Positions 25,119 through 43,050 are shown, numbered from the stretch's first letter. The stretch: 64,000 nt of DNA from Escherichia coli (GCF_013122565.1 NZ_CP053258.1), one strand, 5' to 3'. Notes: generated by a model from the letters alone, not told the origin. Made by a program: numbers and translations.

Positions 25119-26345
25119 ATGTCACCCTGTGAAAATGACACCCCTATAAACTGGAAACGAAACCTGATCGTCGCCTGGCTAGGCTGTTTTCTTACCGGTG
25201 CCGCCTTCAGTCTGGTAATGCCCTTCTTACCCCTCTACGTTGAGCAGCTTGGCGTTACCGGCCACTCCGCCCTGAATATGTGGTCCGGTATTGTCTTCAG
25301 CATTACATTTTTATTTTCGGCCATCGCCTCACCGTTTTGGGGTGGACTCGCCGACCGTAAAGGCCGAAAACTCATGCTATTACGCTCTGCTCTCGGCATG
25401 GGCATCGTGATGGTGTTGATGGGACTGGCACAAAATATCTGGCAGTTTTTGATCCTGCGGGCGCTTCTTGGTTTACTTGGCGGATTTGTCCCCAACGCTA
25501 ATGCTCTTATCGCCACACAAGTACCGCGTAATAAAAGCGGCTGGGCGCTGGGTACGCTCTCCACAGGCGGCGTTAGCGGTGCGTTGCTCGGCCCAATGGC
25601 TGGCGGCCTGCTCGCTGATAGCTACGGCTTACGTCCGGTATTCTTTATTACCGCCAGTGTGCTCATACTCTGCTTTTTCGTCACCCTGTTTTGCATCCGA
25701 GAAAAATTCCAGCCGGTCAGCAAAAAAGAGATGCTGCACATGCGGGAAGTGGTGACATCACTTAAAAACCCGAAACTGGTACTCAGCCTGTTTGTCACTA
25801 CGTTAATCATCCAGGTGGCGACGGGCTCAATTGCCCCTATTCTGACGCTGTATGTCCGCGAACTGGCGGGTAACGTCAGTAACGTCGCTTTTATCAGTGG
25901 CATGATCGCCTCGGTGCCAGGCGTGGCGGCTCTGCTGAGTGCACCACGACTCGGCAAACTTGGCGATCGAATCGGCCCCGAAAAGATCCTGATTACGGCG
26001 CTGATCTTTTCTGTACTGCTGTTGATCCCAATGTCATACGTTCAGACGCCATTACAACTTGGGATTTTACGTTTTTTGCTCGGTGCCGCCGATGGTGCAC
26101 TACTCCCCGCCGTACAGACACTGTTGGTTTACAACTCAAGCAACCAAATCGCCGGGCGTATCTTCAGCTATAACCAATCGTTTCGTGATATTGGCAACGT
26201 TACCGGACCATTGATGGGAGCTGCGATTTCAGCGAACTACGGTTTCAGAGCGGTATTTCTCGTCACCGCTGGCGTAGTGTTATTCAACGCAGTCTATTCA
26301 TGGAACAGTCTACGTCGTCGTCGAATACCCCAGGTATCGAACTGA
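25119..26345 (+). CDS. mdtG: MFS multidrug efflux transporter MdtG (408 aa)
   Basis: Translation [64 protein letters not shown]... Confidence 0.93.
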
Positions 26346-26427
26346 TTTTTCGCCTTTCATACTTGCAAAAGCGGAGAATCAGCTATCCTTTTCCCTGAAA
26401 CCTCATCAACTCAAAGGGAGAATCGTG

Positions 26428-26802
26428 ATGACCATGTACGCAACGCTTGAAGAAGCCATTGACGCTGCACGCGAAGAATTTCTTGCAGACAACCCCGGCA
26501 TCGACGCCGAAGATGCGAATGTGCAACAGTTCAATGCCCAAAAATACGTTTTGCAAGACGGCGACATCATGTGGCAAGTTGAGTTTTTTGCCGACGAAGG
26601 GGAAGAAGGTGAATGTTTACCTATGCTTAGCGGTGAAGCCGCGCAAAGTGTTTTTGATGGCGACTATGATGAGATAGAGATCCGCCAGGAGTGGCAGGAA
26701 GAGAATACATTACATGAATGGGACGAGGGGGAATTTCAGCTTGAGCCACCGCTGGATACTGAGGAAGGACGGGCAGCAGCTGATGAGTGGGATGAACGTT
26801 AA
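26428..26802 (+). CDS. msyB: Acidic protein MsyB (124 aa)
   Basis: Translation MTMYATLEEAIDAAREEFLADNPGIDAEDANVQQFNAQKYVLQDGDIMWQVEFFADEGEEGE... Confidence 0.92.
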   Translation: MTMYATLEEAIDAAREEFLADNPGIDAEDANVQQFNAQKYVLQDGDIMWQVEFFADEGEEGECLPMLSGEAAQSVFDGDYDEIEIRQEWQEENTLHEWDEGEFQLEPPLDTEEGRAAADEWDER

Positions 26803-27030
26803 TCACTCATACGGGCCATGATGAATGTCGATCGGCAGCAGTAAAGTATCAAAAACCAGGGAGAATGGCAGATCAAGGATTGTGACATAACGCCAGGCGG
26901 AGTCACGCACATCCCATTGCACACCGGGATAATATTGGTTGCCATGCCCCTGCCCCGGTATAGTGCGGCTAATGATGCTGCCACAGCCACTCAGCAAGGT
27001 CACCATGATGCTCACCACAATTAAACGCAT
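26803..27030 (-). CDS. yceK: Lipoprotein YceK (75 aa)
   Basis: Translation MRLIVVSIMVTLLSGCGSIISRTIPGQGHGNQYYPGVQWDVRDSAWRYVTILDLPFSLVFDTLLLPIDIHHGPYE (lipobox LSGC). Confidence 0.88.
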   Translation of the reverse strand: MRLIVVSIMVTLLSGCGSIISRTIPGQGHGNQYYPGVQWDVRDSAWRYVTILDLPFSLVFDTLLLPIDIHHGPYE

Positions 27031-27046
27031 TTGATACCTCTTCCGT

Positions 27047-27080
27047 AAAAAAATACCGGCATAACGCCGGTATTTTTATT
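27047..27080. terminator. Bidirectional hairpin terminator (A-tract / stem / T-tract) downstream of opgGH operon
   Basis: AAAAAAATACCGGC-ATAAC-GCCGGTATTTTTATT. Confidence 0.7.
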
Positions 27081-27094
27081 GGCTCGTTGTTTTT

Positions 27095-27195
27095 GCCGGA
27101 TGTGGCGTGAACACCTTATCCGACCTACAAAATCTTGCAAAATCAATAAATTGCAGGACCGATGTAGGCCTGATAAGCGTAGCGCATCAGGCAAC
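27095..27195. repeat. BIME: two REP units in inverted orientation between opgH and yceK
   Basis: GCCGGATGTGGCGTGAACACCTTATCCGACCTACA and GATGTAGGCCTGATAAGCGTAGCGCATCAGGCAA. Confidence 0.8.
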
Positions 27196-27202
27196 TACGT
27201 TT

Positions 27203-31385
<4,183 letters not shown>

Positions 31386-31667
31386 TCAGCACGCTGGCTC
31401 ATGGATTAAGCACCTGATTGCAACCGTTTTCACTTTCCGTGCTTCTCCTAAAGACAGAAGCATCGACTTCGTGTAGGGTTTGCCAGCAAATTTATTTATC
31501 ATCCGTCTTACAGACGCTTCCATTCTGGTTAGTGGTAGCGATGATGCTATGCATAAAAACCTTGAAGCCTGCGCCTGGCGCGGTCAGGTCGGTGTCGCTA
31601 TGGCAACAAGCCTAAAGGCATAACCCGACAGGGATAAGACGAAAAATCCGAGATTAGTTAACCATAT

Positions 31668-32825
31668 ATGAATCCAGTACCCGCGCAACGTGAATATTTC
31701 CTCGACTCCATCCGCGCCTGGCTGATGTTGTTAGGGATCCCTTTTCATATTTCTTTAATCTATTCGAGCCATACATGGCATGTGAATAGCGCCGAACCGT
31801 CATTGTGGCTGACCATTTTTAATGACTTTATCCACTCGTTCCGCATGCAGGTATTTTTCGTTATATCCGGCTACTTTTCCTACATGCTTTTTTTACGCTA
31901 TCCCTTGAAAAAATGGTGGAAAGTACGTGTCGAACGTGTAGGTATCCCGATGTTAACAGCCATCCCCCTACTGACATTGCCGCAATTTATTATGCTGCAA
32001 TACGTCAAAGGGAAAGCGGAAAGTTGGCCTGGGCTGTCATTGTATGACAAATATAATACGTTAGCCTGGGAATTAATATCACACCTGTGGTTTTTACTGG
32101 TGTTAGTGGTCATGACGACGCTGTGCGTATGGATATTTAAACGCATCAGAAATAATTTAGAAAATTCCGATAAAACGAATAAAAAATTCTCGATGGTAAA
32201 ACTATCGGTGATTTTTTTGTGCCTCGGCATCGGTTATGCGGTAATAAGAAGAACGATTTTTATTGTGTATCCGCCCATTCTGAGTAATGGCATGTTCAAT
32301 TTTATTGTCATGCAAACGCTATTTTATTTACCGTTCTTTATCCTCGGCGCACTGGCTTTCATTTTCCCTCATCTTAAAGCCTTGTTTACCACGCCGTCTC
32401 GTGGCTGTACCCTCGCTGCAGCATTGGCGTTTGTCGCTTATTTACTCAACCAGCGCTATGGCAGTGGCGATGCCTGGATGTACGAAACCGAGTCGGTGAT
32501 CACCATGGTCCTCGGTCTGTGGATGGTGAATGTGGTCTTCTCCTTTGGCCACCGTTTGCTTAACTTCCAGTCAGCGCGGGTGACTTACTTTGTTAACGCA
32601 TCGCTGTTTATCTATCTGGTTCACCACCCGTTAACGCTGTTTTTCGGCGCGTACATTACACCGCACATCACCTCCAACTGGCTTGGTTTTCTCTGTGGCC
32701 TGATATTCGTAGTAGGGATTGCGATAATTCTGTATGAAATTCATTTACGCATCCCGTTACTGAAGTTTTTGTTCTCTGGGAAACCGGTTGTTAAGCGTGA
32801 GAACGATAAAGCACCAGCCCGTTAA
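31668..32825 (+). CDS. opgC: OPG succinyltransferase OpgC (MdoC), membrane acyltransferase-3 family, 385 aa
   Basis: Translation [70 protein letters not shown]...; divergent from opgGH. Confidence 0.9.
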   Translation: MNPVPAQREYFLDSIRAWLMLLGIPFHISLIYSSHTWHVNSAEPSLWLTIFNDFIHSFRMQVFFVISGYFSYMLFLRYPLKKWWKVRVERVGIPMLTAIPLLTLPQFIMLQYVKGKAESWPGLSLYDKYNTLAWELISHLWFLLVLVVMTTLCVWIFKRIRNNLENSDKTNKKFSMVKLSVIFLCLGIGYAVIRRTIFIVYPPILSNGMFNFIVMQTLFYLPFFILGALAFIFPHLKALFTTPSRGCTLAAALAFVAYLLNQRYGSGDAWMYETESVITMVLGLWMVNVVFSFGHRLLNFQSARVTYFVNASLFIYLVHHPLTLFFGAYITPHITSNWLGFLCGLIFVVGIAIILYEIHLRIPLLKFLFSGKPVVKRENDKAPAR

Positions 32826-32832
32826 GCCACGC

Positions 32833-34263
32833 TTACAATAACCATTCCACGGGCAATATCGACGCCAGTCTGACCATAACCCGCTTCCAGAAACTGGTGG
32901 CGGGTTCTTTTTTGAGAATAATCTCTTTCTTTGCATGACGATCAACCCAGTTGATCCGTCCCCACCTGTCCAGACGGAGCTGCCAGGCCGCATCATACTG
33001 GCTCTGAATAAAGCGTTTATCAATTAACTGTGCCAGCGTTTCGCTCTCTATCACGAAGCCCATTTCAGTATTGAGCAATGTTGAACGCGGATCGAAATTG
33101 AAAGAGCCGATAAACACCGTTTTACCATCGATGCTAAAGGTTTTAGCATGCAGGCTGGCACCGGAATTACCGGTTATGCCGCGATCGTGTAACGTACTAC
33201 TTTGTTCACGCGTCGGCTTGAGTTCATATAATTCCACGCCATAGCGGAGCAATTTTTTGCGCCAGCGCGCGTATCCGGCATGGACGACAGCAACATCGTT
33301 AGCGGCAAGAGAATTGGTTAGGATCGCAATCTTTACCCCTTTTCTCACCATCCGTAAGAGTTGCGCCACACCTGCGCGTGTCGGTACAAAATAGGAAGAG
33401 ATAATATCGATGCGTTCACTGGGTGAGCCCATGATATCGAACAGGCGCTGCGGTAACAGTGAATGCCGTTTTGCCTTGCCCTCCCCTTTCGCCGGATCAT
33501 CACTTAATAAACGTGTTTTCGCCCAGATAAGCGGCAACGTTCCATCAACCAGATGATTTATAAACGGACTGGATTCCATTTTGCGTAAATAACGATGCGT
33601 CATGGCATCGTTATGCCAGGAGGCGGGTAACTCGATGCGATCCGCCATTTCACCTTCCGGGACATCCAGCACCTGCTGTAAGGGTGAAACCGATTTGCAA
33701 TACCAGTAGCGGGCGAAATCATCGGCAACGTCCTCTACAACTGGTCCTATTGCCATGACATCTAAATCCGAAAAAAGTGGCTCTTCCCCTGCCCCAAAAT
33801 AGGCATCACCAATATTTCGTCCTCCCACCAGCGTCACCACACCATCGACAGTGAAACTTTTATTGTGCATACGGCGATTGAGACGGGAAAAGTCGGTGAT
33901 ATAACCAAGCGGACGCAGCAAGCGAAACGAGAAAGGATTAAAAAGCCGGACTTCAATGCGGGGATGACTGTCAAGCAAGCGTAAAATGTCGTCAAGTCCG
34001 GGCGTATTGTTGTCGTCCAGCAACAAACGGACGCGAACGCCACGCTTTGCTGCGGCTAACAGGGCGGAAAACAGTAACCGACCCGACATATCGTCCTGCC
34101 AGATGTAATACTGAACATCCAGCGTATGCTCTGCCATTTCGGCCAGACGATACCGGGCGGCAAACGCATCCAGACTTTTCTCCAGAGGAAAAAGGCCACA
34201 CTGACCGGGATGTTGCGAACACAGTGGCAGCACCGCGCTCGCCAGCCGGGGCAAATCATTCAT
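32833..34263 (-). CDS. clsC: Cardiolipin synthase C ClsC (YmdC), two PLD HKD motifs; start uncertain (ATG at 34263 chosen; longer ORF to 34323 possible)
   Basis: Translation ...[58 protein letters not shown]...HNKSFTVDG...HAKTFSIDG... Confidence 0.85.
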   Translation of the reverse strand: MNDLPRLASAVLPLCSQHPGQCGLFPLEKSLDAFAARYRLAEMAEHTLDVQYYIWQDDMSGRLLFSALLAAAKRGVRVRLLLDDNNTPGLDDILRLLDSHPRIEVRLFNPFSFRLLRPLGYITDFSRLNRRMHNKSFTVDGVVTLVGGRNIGDAYFGAGEEPLFSDLDVMAIGPVVEDVADDFARYWYCKSVSPLQQVLDVPEGEMADRIELPASWHNDAMTHRYLRKMESSPFINHLVDGTLPLIWAKTRLLSDDPAKGEGKAKRHSLLPQRLFDIMGSPSERIDIISSYFVPTRAGVAQLLRMVRKGVKIAILTNSLAANDVAVVHAGYARWRKKLLRYGVELYELKPTREQSSTLHDRGITGNSGASLHAKTFSIDGKTVFIGSFNFDPRSTLLNTEMGFVIESETLAQLIDKRFIQSQYDAAWQLRLDRWGRINWVDRHAKKEIILKKEPATSFWKRVMVRLASILPVEWLL

Positions 34264-34789
34264 CTCCTTGTTGGGTAAGGAGTCTTTCGTATAGGTGGGC
34301 GTTTTCTTCATCATAACAGACAAAGTATACCTGTTCGGGTAAAGCGTGACGGGTAATAAATTCTGAAACGGTTTTTACTGCGATTTCAGCCGCTGCCGCA
34401 CGAGGGTAACCATAAACCCCAGTACTGATTGCAGGAAAAGCCACTGACGTATAGCTGTTTGCCGCCACCAGTCGTAGGCTATTGAGATAGGCATCCTGCA
34501 AAAGCTGGTCTTCGTTTTGTTCACCACCACGCCAGACTGGCCCGACGGTGTGCACTACGGCTTTAGCGGGAAGATCGCCTGCAAGCGTAATAACGGCATG
34601 CCCCGTAGGGCAATCGCCCTGTTGTTGCCTGACTTTTAAACATGCATCAAGCAGGGCCGGACCCGCTGCGCGATGAATGGCCCCATCGACGCCGCCGCCT
34701 CCCATTAATGACGGATTAGCCGCATTCACAATCACATCAACGGCCAGTTTGGTAATATCACCCTGCACAACATGAATACGCGTTTTCAT
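34256..34789 (-). CDS. ymdB: Macro-domain O-acetyl-ADP-ribose deacetylase YmdB (177 aa)
   Basis: Translation [68 protein letters not shown]... Confidence 0.93.
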
Positions 34790-34883
34790 AACGCCTCCTT
34801 ACACCTTCTTGTTTCTTAAGTGTACAGCAGGCTTTTTGGTTAAATCGCATTTTTCTGCTCAGCAACGTGAGTTGTTCAGAAAC

Positions 34884-35226
<343 letters not shown>

Positions 35227-35244
35227 TGAGGGTTGTGTTATCCC

Positions 35245-35648
<404 letters not shown>

Positions 35649-35706
35649 ATTCTTCTCCCGAAAAAAAACAGGGCTTACGCCCTGTTTCTGTAATACAAAT
35701 GATGTA

Positions 35707-36162
35707 TTAGTACTGATGAGCGGTCGCGTTGTTACCAAAGCCAACCTGAGTCACGTTGACGGAGGAGTTAGATGCAGTCTGGTCAACTGCAGCACCGTTG
35801 CCACCACCGAACTGTTTAACCGTCATTTCAGAATTTTTGCCGTTCCACTGATCAAGAGTAGCGCTGTTACCGAAGCCACGTTGGGTCAGATCGATTGAGC
35901 TGTCATCCGAGCCCTGACCAACATCTGCACCATTACCGCCGCCATGCTGGGTAATAGTCAAGTCAGAGTTACGGGCATCAGTTTGCAGAGCAAGTGCAGA
36001 GTTACCGCCACCGTACTGGTAAATGTTCAGCTCAGAATTTGGGCCGCTATTATTACCGCCACCACCGTGGTTACCGCCGCCGCCGTACTGAGGAACAACA
36101 CCTGCCAGAGCGCTACCGGAGAATACGATTGCTGCAATTGCTGCTACTTTTAAAAGTTTCAT
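35707..36162 (-). CDS. csgA: Major curlin subunit CsgA (151 aa)
   Basis: Translation MKLLKVAAIAAIVFSGSALAGVVPQYGGGGNHGGGGNNSGPNSELNIYQYGGGNSALALQTDARNSDLTITQHGGGNGADVGQ... with five imperfect amyloid repeats. Confidence 0.96.
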   Translation of the reverse strand: MKLLKVAAIAAIVFSGSALAGVVPQYGGGGNHGGGGNNSGPNSELNIYQYGGGNSALALQTDARNSDLTITQHGGGNGADVGQGSDDSSIDLTQRGFGNSATLDQWNGKNSEMTVKQFGGGNGAAVDQTASNSSVNVTQVGFGNNATAHQY

Positions 36163-36202
36163 GTAAAACCCCCATCGGATTGATTTAAAAGTCGAATGGA
36201 AA

Positions 36203-36658
36203 TTAACGTTGTGTCACGCGAATAGCCATTTGCGACTGTCTCTGCACTACAATTGCCGTTTTTTGAGTACCATACTGTGTAATATTTGCTTTATTACCAG
36301 AACCTTTCTGGATAATCATCGCAGTATTACCATAAGCACCTTGCGAAATACTGGCATCGTTGGCACTGCCCGCCTGATCAATATATGCAAGGTTATAATC
36401 TCCTGTCTGGTCAATCTTTGCCCGGTTGCTACTACCTTCTTGCGCAACAACCGCCAAAAGTTTTGAGCCTCCCTGCCGTAACTGAGCACTATTATTAGTC
36501 CCAGCTTGACCAATTATGGCTGCCTGATTAAATGAAGACTTACTCAATTCATTTACCGCGAAGTTATATTCTGAATTAGCTAAATCATAACCTGCTGCGG
36601 CTGCAATCCCAGGCGCACCCAGTATTGTTAACATCATAAATAACAATTTGTTTTTCAT
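36203..36658 (-). CDS. csgB: Minor curlin nucleator subunit CsgB (151 aa)
   Basis: Translation MKNKLLFMMLTILGAPGIAAAAGYDLANSEYNFAVNELSKSSFNQAAIIGQAGTNNSAQLRQGGSKLLAVVAQEGSSNRAKIDQTGDYN... Confidence 0.94.
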   Translation of the reverse strand: MKNKLLFMMLTILGAPGIAAAAGYDLANSEYNFAVNELSKSSFNQAAIIGQAGTNNSAQLRQGGSKLLAVVAQEGSSNRAKIDQTGDYNLAYIDQAGSANDASISQGAYGNTAMIIQKGSGNKANITQYGTQKTAIVVQRQSQMAIRVTQR

Positions 36659-37410
36659 GTTGTCACCCTGGACCTGGTCGTACATTTAAGAAATTAAATC
36701 ATTTCAACTTGGTTGTTAACGCAACCTGTATTTTGTTAACGCTGCGTTACGATGGAAAGTATGTCTGCGGAAATATTTTTAATAACTCACCCGCGCGTTG
36801 TATTTTTCTTTTTTTGTTCATACCAAAGTATTAAAAGCCACGTAAATACGCTGTTATCTACGCAAAAAATATTTTGTTTTCTTTTAAATCTCCGTTTCCG
36901 CTATCAAAAATCACCAGACAGTCATTCTTCTTGCCCGTCGCTGATTGCTGCGATATGTCTTGCGCACAAGCCGTGACAAACCTCGTCTTTTTGCAGTAAA
37001 AAATTGTCCACGGAGGTGTGGAGAAAAAACAACAACTTTTTACATGACGAAAGGACTACACCGAAATATTTTTTATATGCATTATTAGTAAGTTATCACC
37101 ATTTGTATGATTTTTTAAAATTGTGCAATAAAAACCAAATGTACAACTTTTCTATCATTTCTAAACTTAATAAAACCTTAAGGTTAACATTTTAATATAA
37201 CGAGTTACATTTAGTTACATGTTTAACACTTGATTTAAGATTTGTAATGGCTAGATTGAAATCAGATGTAATCCATTAGTTTTATATTTTACCCATTTAG
37301 GGCTGATTTATTACTACACACAGCAGTGCAACATCTGTCAGTACTTCTGGTGCTTCTATTTTAGAGGCAGCTGTCAGGTGTGCGATCAATAAAAAAAGCG
37401 GGGTTTCATC
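36659..37410. promoter_or_regulatory. csgBAC / csgDEFG divergent intergenic regulatory region (about 750 bp, AT-rich)
   Basis: Long AT-rich gap between divergent csgB and csgD start codons; by established knowledge of the csg locus this carries the sigmaS-dependent csgD and csgB promoters and multiple regulator sites; individual sites not resolved by eye. Confidence 0.7.
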
Positions 37411-38061
<651 letters not shown>

Positions 38062-38065
38062 AGCC

Positions 38066-38455
38066 ATGAAACGTTATTTACGCTGGATTGTGGCGGCAGA
38101 ATTTCTGTTCGCCGCAGGGAATCTTCACGCCGTTGAGGTAGAAGTCCCGGGATTGCTAACTGACCATACTGTTTCATCTATTGGCCATGATTTTTACCGA
38201 GCCTTTAGTGATAAATGGGAAAGTGACTATACGGGTAACTTAACGATTAATGAAAGGCCCAGTGCACGATGGGGAAGTTGGATCACTATAACGGTCAATC
38301 AGGACGTTATTTTCCAGACTTTTTTATTTCCGTTGAAAAGAGACTTCGAGAAAACTGTCGTCTTTGCACTGATTCAAACTGAAGAAGCACTAAATCGTCG
38401 CCAGATAAATCAGGCGTTATTAAGTACGGGCGATTTGGCGCATGATGAATTCTAA
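38066..38455 (+). CDS. csgE: Curli secretion specificity factor CsgE (129 aa)
   Basis: Translation [80 protein letters not shown]... Confidence 0.94.
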
Positions 38456-38479
38456 ATAAAAAATTGTTCGGAGGCTGCA

Positions 38480-38896
38480 ATGCGTGTCAAACATGCAGTA
38501 GTTCTACTCATGCTTATTTCGCCATTAAGTTGGGCTGGAACCATGACTTTCCAGTTCCGTAATCCAAACTTTGGTGGTAACCCAAATAATGGCGCTTTTT
38601 TATTAAATAGCGCTCAGGCCCAAAACTCTTATAAAGATCCGAGCTATAACGATGACTTTGGTATTGCAACACCCTCAGCGTTAGATAACTTTACTCAGGC
38701 CATCCAGTCACAAATTTTAGGTGGGCTACTGTCGAATATTAATACCGGCAAACCGGGCCGCATGGTGACCAACGATTATATCGTTGATATTGCTAACCGC
38801 GATGGTCAATTGCAGTTGAACGTGACAGATCGTAAAACCGGACAAACCTCGACTATCCAGGTTTCGGGTTTACAAAATAACTCAACCGATTTTTAA
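38480..38896 (+). CDS. csgF: Curli assembly protein CsgF (138 aa)
   Basis: Translation [71 protein letters not shown]... Confidence 0.94.
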   Translation: MRVKHAVVLLMLISPLSWAGTMTFQFRNPNFGGNPNNGAFLLNSAQAQNSYKDPSYNDDFGIATPSALDNFTQAIQSQILGGLLSNINTGKPGRMVTNDYIVDIANRDGQLQLNVTDRKTGQTSTIQVSGLQNNSTDF

Positions 38897-38922
38897 GCCC
38901 CAGCTTCATAAGGAAAATAATC

Positions 38923-39756
38923 ATGCAGCGCTTATTTCTTTTGGTTGCCGTCATGTTACTGAGCGGATGCTTAACCGCCCCGCCTAAAGAAGCCGCCAGA
39001 CCGACATTAATGCCTCGTGCTCAGAGCTACAAAGATTTGACCCATCTGCCAGCGCCGACGGGTAAGATCTTTGTTTCGGTATACAACATTCAGGACGAAA
39101 CCGGGCAATTTAAACCCTACCCGGCAAGTAACTTCTCCACTGCTGTTCCGCAAAGCGCCACGGCAATGCTGGTCACGGCATTGAAAGATTCTCGCTGGTT
39201 TATACCGCTGGAGCGCCAGGGCTTACAAAACCTGCTTAACGAGCGCAAGATTATTCGTGCGGCACAAGAAAACGGCACGGTTGCCATTAATAACCGAATC
39301 CCGCTGCAATCTTTAACGGCGGCAAATATCATGGTTGAAGGTTCGATTATCGGTTATGAAAGCAACGTCAAATCTGGCGGGGTTGGGGCAAGATATTTTG
39401 GGATCGGTGCCGACACGCAATACCAGCTCGATCAGATTGCCGTGAACCTGCGCGTCGTCAATGTGAGTACCGGTGAGATCCTCTCCTCGGTGAACACCAG
39501 TAAGACGATACTTTCCTATGAAGTTCAGGCCGGGGTTTTCCGCTTTATTGACTACCAGCGCTTGCTGGAAGGGGAAGTGGGTTACACCTCGAACGAACCC
39601 GTTATGCTGTGCCTGATGTCGGCTATCGAAACAGGGGTCATTTTCCTGATTAATGATGGTATCGACCGTGGTCTGTGGGATTTGCAGAACAAAGCAGAAC
39701 GGCAGAATGACATTCTGGTTAAATACCGCCATATGTCGGTTCCACCAGAATCCTGA
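38923..39756 (+). CDS. csgG: Curli secretion channel lipoprotein CsgG (277 aa)
   Basis: Translation MQRLFLLVAVMLLSGCLTAPPKEAARPTLMPRAQSYKDLTHLPAPTGKIFVSVYNIQDETGQFKPYPASNF... (lipobox LSGC). Confidence 0.96.
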   Translation: MQRLFLLVAVMLLSGCLTAPPKEAARPTLMPRAQSYKDLTHLPAPTGKIFVSVYNIQDETGQFKPYPASNFSTAVPQSATAMLVTALKDSRWFIPLERQGLQNLLNERKIIRAAQENGTVAINNRIPLQSLTAANIMVEGSIIGYESNVKSGGVGARYFGIGADTQYQLDQIAVNLRVVNVSTGEILSSVNTSKTILSYEVQAGVFRFIDYQRLLEGEVGYTSNEPVMLCLMSAIETGVIFLINDGIDRGLWDLQNKAERQNDILVKYRHMSVPPES

Positions 39757-39766
39757 CAGATAAAAA

Positions 39767-39795
39767 TGCCGGAATTAATAATCCGGCATTTTACT
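39767..39795 (+). terminator. Rho-independent terminator after csgG
   Basis: TGCCGGA-ATTAATAA-TCCGGCA hairpin followed by TTTTACTGTTT; second hairpin AAAGCGTGAG-TGCCCC-CTCACGCTTT at about 39805-39838 overlaps ycdZ stop. Confidence 0.75.
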
Positions 39796-39820
39796 GTTTA
39801 AGCGAAAGCGTGAGTGCCCC

Positions 39821-40312
39821 TCACGCTTTATTTTTGATTTCCTGCTCACGGTGAGCCGTCTTTGCACTACGCGCCGCCAGCCACAGGCCGCTGTTTTTCA
39901 TTGCGTAACCAAATACCAGCCCAAGCGCCAGCGAAGGTAACACCAGTTTCCAGTCACCCTGCCCGGCAAACGTCGCGCATGCGCCTATAAACGTCCCCGG
40001 AACAAATGAAAGCAGCAGCTGTTTGGCCTGAATACACATCAGAAACGCGACAATACCGGTTATGACATAACCGAGAATTTCCAGATGTGGTGCCAGTGCA
40101 CTACCGTAAATAATGACCATCGCCCACACCACGCCACTAAGCAGGGTTGCAGCGGAGATCGCCAGCCCTTTCAGCCCACCTTGCGGGCAGGCAAAGTAGG
40201 CCGTACAGCCCAGGAAGCCCGCCCAGCTTAGTAAGCCCAGGGAAACAGCCACCCATCCCCAGATACCGGAGAGAATGCCTGTTGTGATTGCAATAGAGAG
40301 AAGTATGTTCAT
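39821..40312 (-). CDS. ycdZ: Inner membrane protein YcdZ (DUF1097), 163 aa
   Basis: Translation MNILLSIAITTGILSGIWGWVAVSLGLLSWAGFLGCTAYFACPQGGLKGLAISAATLLSGVVWAMVIIYG...; internal ATG within longer track ORF. Confidence 0.85.
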   Translation of the reverse strand: MNILLSIAITTGILSGIWGWVAVSLGLLSWAGFLGCTAYFACPQGGLKGLAISAATLLSGVVWAMVIIYGSALAPHLEILGYVITGIVAFLMCIQAKQLLLSFVPGTFIGACATFAGQGDWKLVLPSLALGLVFGYAMKNSGLWLAARSAKTAHREQEIKNKA

Positions 40313-40413
40313 GCCGCGCATGATAGCAGAAAACGCGGCCATGAATGAGATCGAGCACACATTTTATGCAACAACAAATTATCCGTTGCAGTCATGAGTG
40401 ACGAAGATCACAT

Positions 40414-40968
40414 TTACTCTTCAGAATCCTCTTCCAGCTCGTCCCACATTGCACTAATGGCATCGCGGGTTAGCGGTGCCATGGTGCGCCAGAAAGGCGT
40501 GGTTGCATGGGCCTCCACTTTGCCAAGGAACGCGCCACACCAGGGTAACAGATACTCACTGAACAGTGTTTCCAGTGCTTCGCTCTCATCTTCCGTTGAC
40601 TGATCTTCCAGCCAGGAAGCCGCAAGCAGCAATGTGCCGATGTGATCGGCTGGCGTATCTGCTAATGGCATCCCTCGTTCAGAAAGAAAAGCGCGCACTT
40701 CCGCTTCCGTTGCGTCCTCAACCCATGCGCTACGATATGGCGGCACGGCACATTCATCGCCGATAAACAACGCATTGTAATCGGCAGAGACTTGCGCCAT
40801 ATCACAGCTTTTCTGTAAACGTGTCAGTAACTCATCCTGCTCCAGTGGCCAGTTCGCAGCCAGTTTCCCCTCACGAATCAGGGTAAACAACGGCACCAGT
40901 AAAGGATCTTGCGGTTGGCGGTAATAGAGCGAACCCAGCACACGACAGAGGATAGAAAACTCGTTCAT
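40414..40968 (-). CDS. ycdY: Redox enzyme maturation chaperone YcdY (TorD family), 184 aa
   Basis: Translation MNEFSILCRVLGSLYYRQPQDPLLVPLFTLIREGKLAANWPLEQDELLTRLQKSCDMAQVSADYNALFIGDE... Confidence 0.9.
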   Translation of the reverse strand: MNEFSILCRVLGSLYYRQPQDPLLVPLFTLIREGKLAANWPLEQDELLTRLQKSCDMAQVSADYNALFIGDECAVPPYRSAWVEDATEAEVRAFLSERGMPLADTPADHIGTLLLAASWLEDQSTEDESEALETLFSEYLLPWCGAFLGKVEAHATTPFWRTMAPLTRDAISAMWDELEEDSEE

Positions 40969-40991
40969 TAATATATTTCCATTACTAGTAA

Positions 40992-41729
40992 TTAAAGGTC
41001 TGCAAATTCCGCAATCGGTGCCATACCGCGAGATTCAAGGAAGTTCAGTAAGCGGCGCGGAGAAACATTCAAAATGCGCTCTGGCGGAAAATCTACCGCG
41101 TCGAGGATTTTAAGACACTCTTCAAATTCCCCCATGGTAAACGCGGTGTGAGAATCCGAGCCTAATGCCACCCAACCTCCAGCATCACGTACCGCTGCGG
41201 CTACCGCACGACAGTTGTCTTCACTGCCCTTACGTGAGTGTAAAAATGAGGAATTATTGATTTCCAGCGCCACCTGATGTTTCGCGGCTGCTTCAGCAAC
41301 GGCTTTAACATCTATTTCATATTTCGGATTTCCGGGATGGCTTATTATATGCACATTGCCGCTGGCGATAGTGGCGATCATCGCTTGTGTATTGGTCGCT
41401 TTATCATGTGGCGCAAAAACCGGCTCATGAAAACCGGCAATAATCAGATCCAGCGAGTCAAACATTTTACCGCTGCAATCAATTTCACCATCAACATTTT
41501 TAATGTTAGCTTCGATACCGCGCAGGATCCCTACCCCATCAACCACTCGCGGCCAGATACGCATGTTAATGAAGTGCCAGTGATGCGGCGCATCTTCCAT
41601 ATCCGGGCCATGATCGGTGATCGCAAAAAGTTTAATGCCCTTTTGTTTGGCCTGGGCAATGTAATCACTCAATGTGCTATATGCATGTGTGCTGGCAACG
41701 GTATGCATATGAAGGTCGACGGGATACAT
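40992..41729 (-). CDS. ycdX: PHP-domain zinc-dependent phosphatase YcdX (245 aa)
   Basis: Translation [75 protein letters not shown]... Confidence 0.93.
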
Positions 41730-41783
41730 AACTCTCTCCTGTATTCAATTCCCGCCAAGGATAGCAGGAATCCTGATGCTTTA

Positions 41784-42761
<978 letters not shown>

Positions 42762-42955
42762 TTATCGTTATCATCTACAAAGACCACCAGCATAACAAAT
42801 CCGTGGTCGGTGGCAAAAAAAGCAGATTTCGCTTATTAAAACTGCATATTGATTGAAGTTTGAATAAACGCGCGATTTTTTAAAAAAGTTTGTTGACCTC
42901 AGGTCATGATTTCCCTAAATTAGCGCCCGTTCCAGCAAGACAGGAACGACAATTT

Positions 42956-43043
42956 GGTGAGGTGTCCGAGTGGCTGAAGGAGCACGCCTGGAAAGTGTGT
43001 ATACGGCAACGTATCGGGGGTTCGAATCCCCCCCTCACCGCCA
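42956..43043 (+). tRNA. serX: tRNA-Ser (anticodon GGA), serX/serW type
   Basis: 88-nt sequence GGTGAGGTGTCCGAGTGGCTGAAGGAGCACGCCTGGAAAGTGTGTATACGGCAACGTATCGGGGGTTCGAATCCCCCCCTCACCGCCA with long variable arm, anticodon loop CUGGAAA, 3' CCA; divergent from ghrA as in K-12. Confidence 0.95.
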
Positions 43044-43050
43044 GATTACA

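Noticed and set aside
35707-36162. Tandem short repeats (GGGN/SxxxxxQxGxGNxA) in csgA considered as a possible CRISPR or minisatellite
   Set aside because: They are the in-frame amyloid repeat units of CsgA; no CRISPR-like repeat-spacer array exists anywhere in the window.
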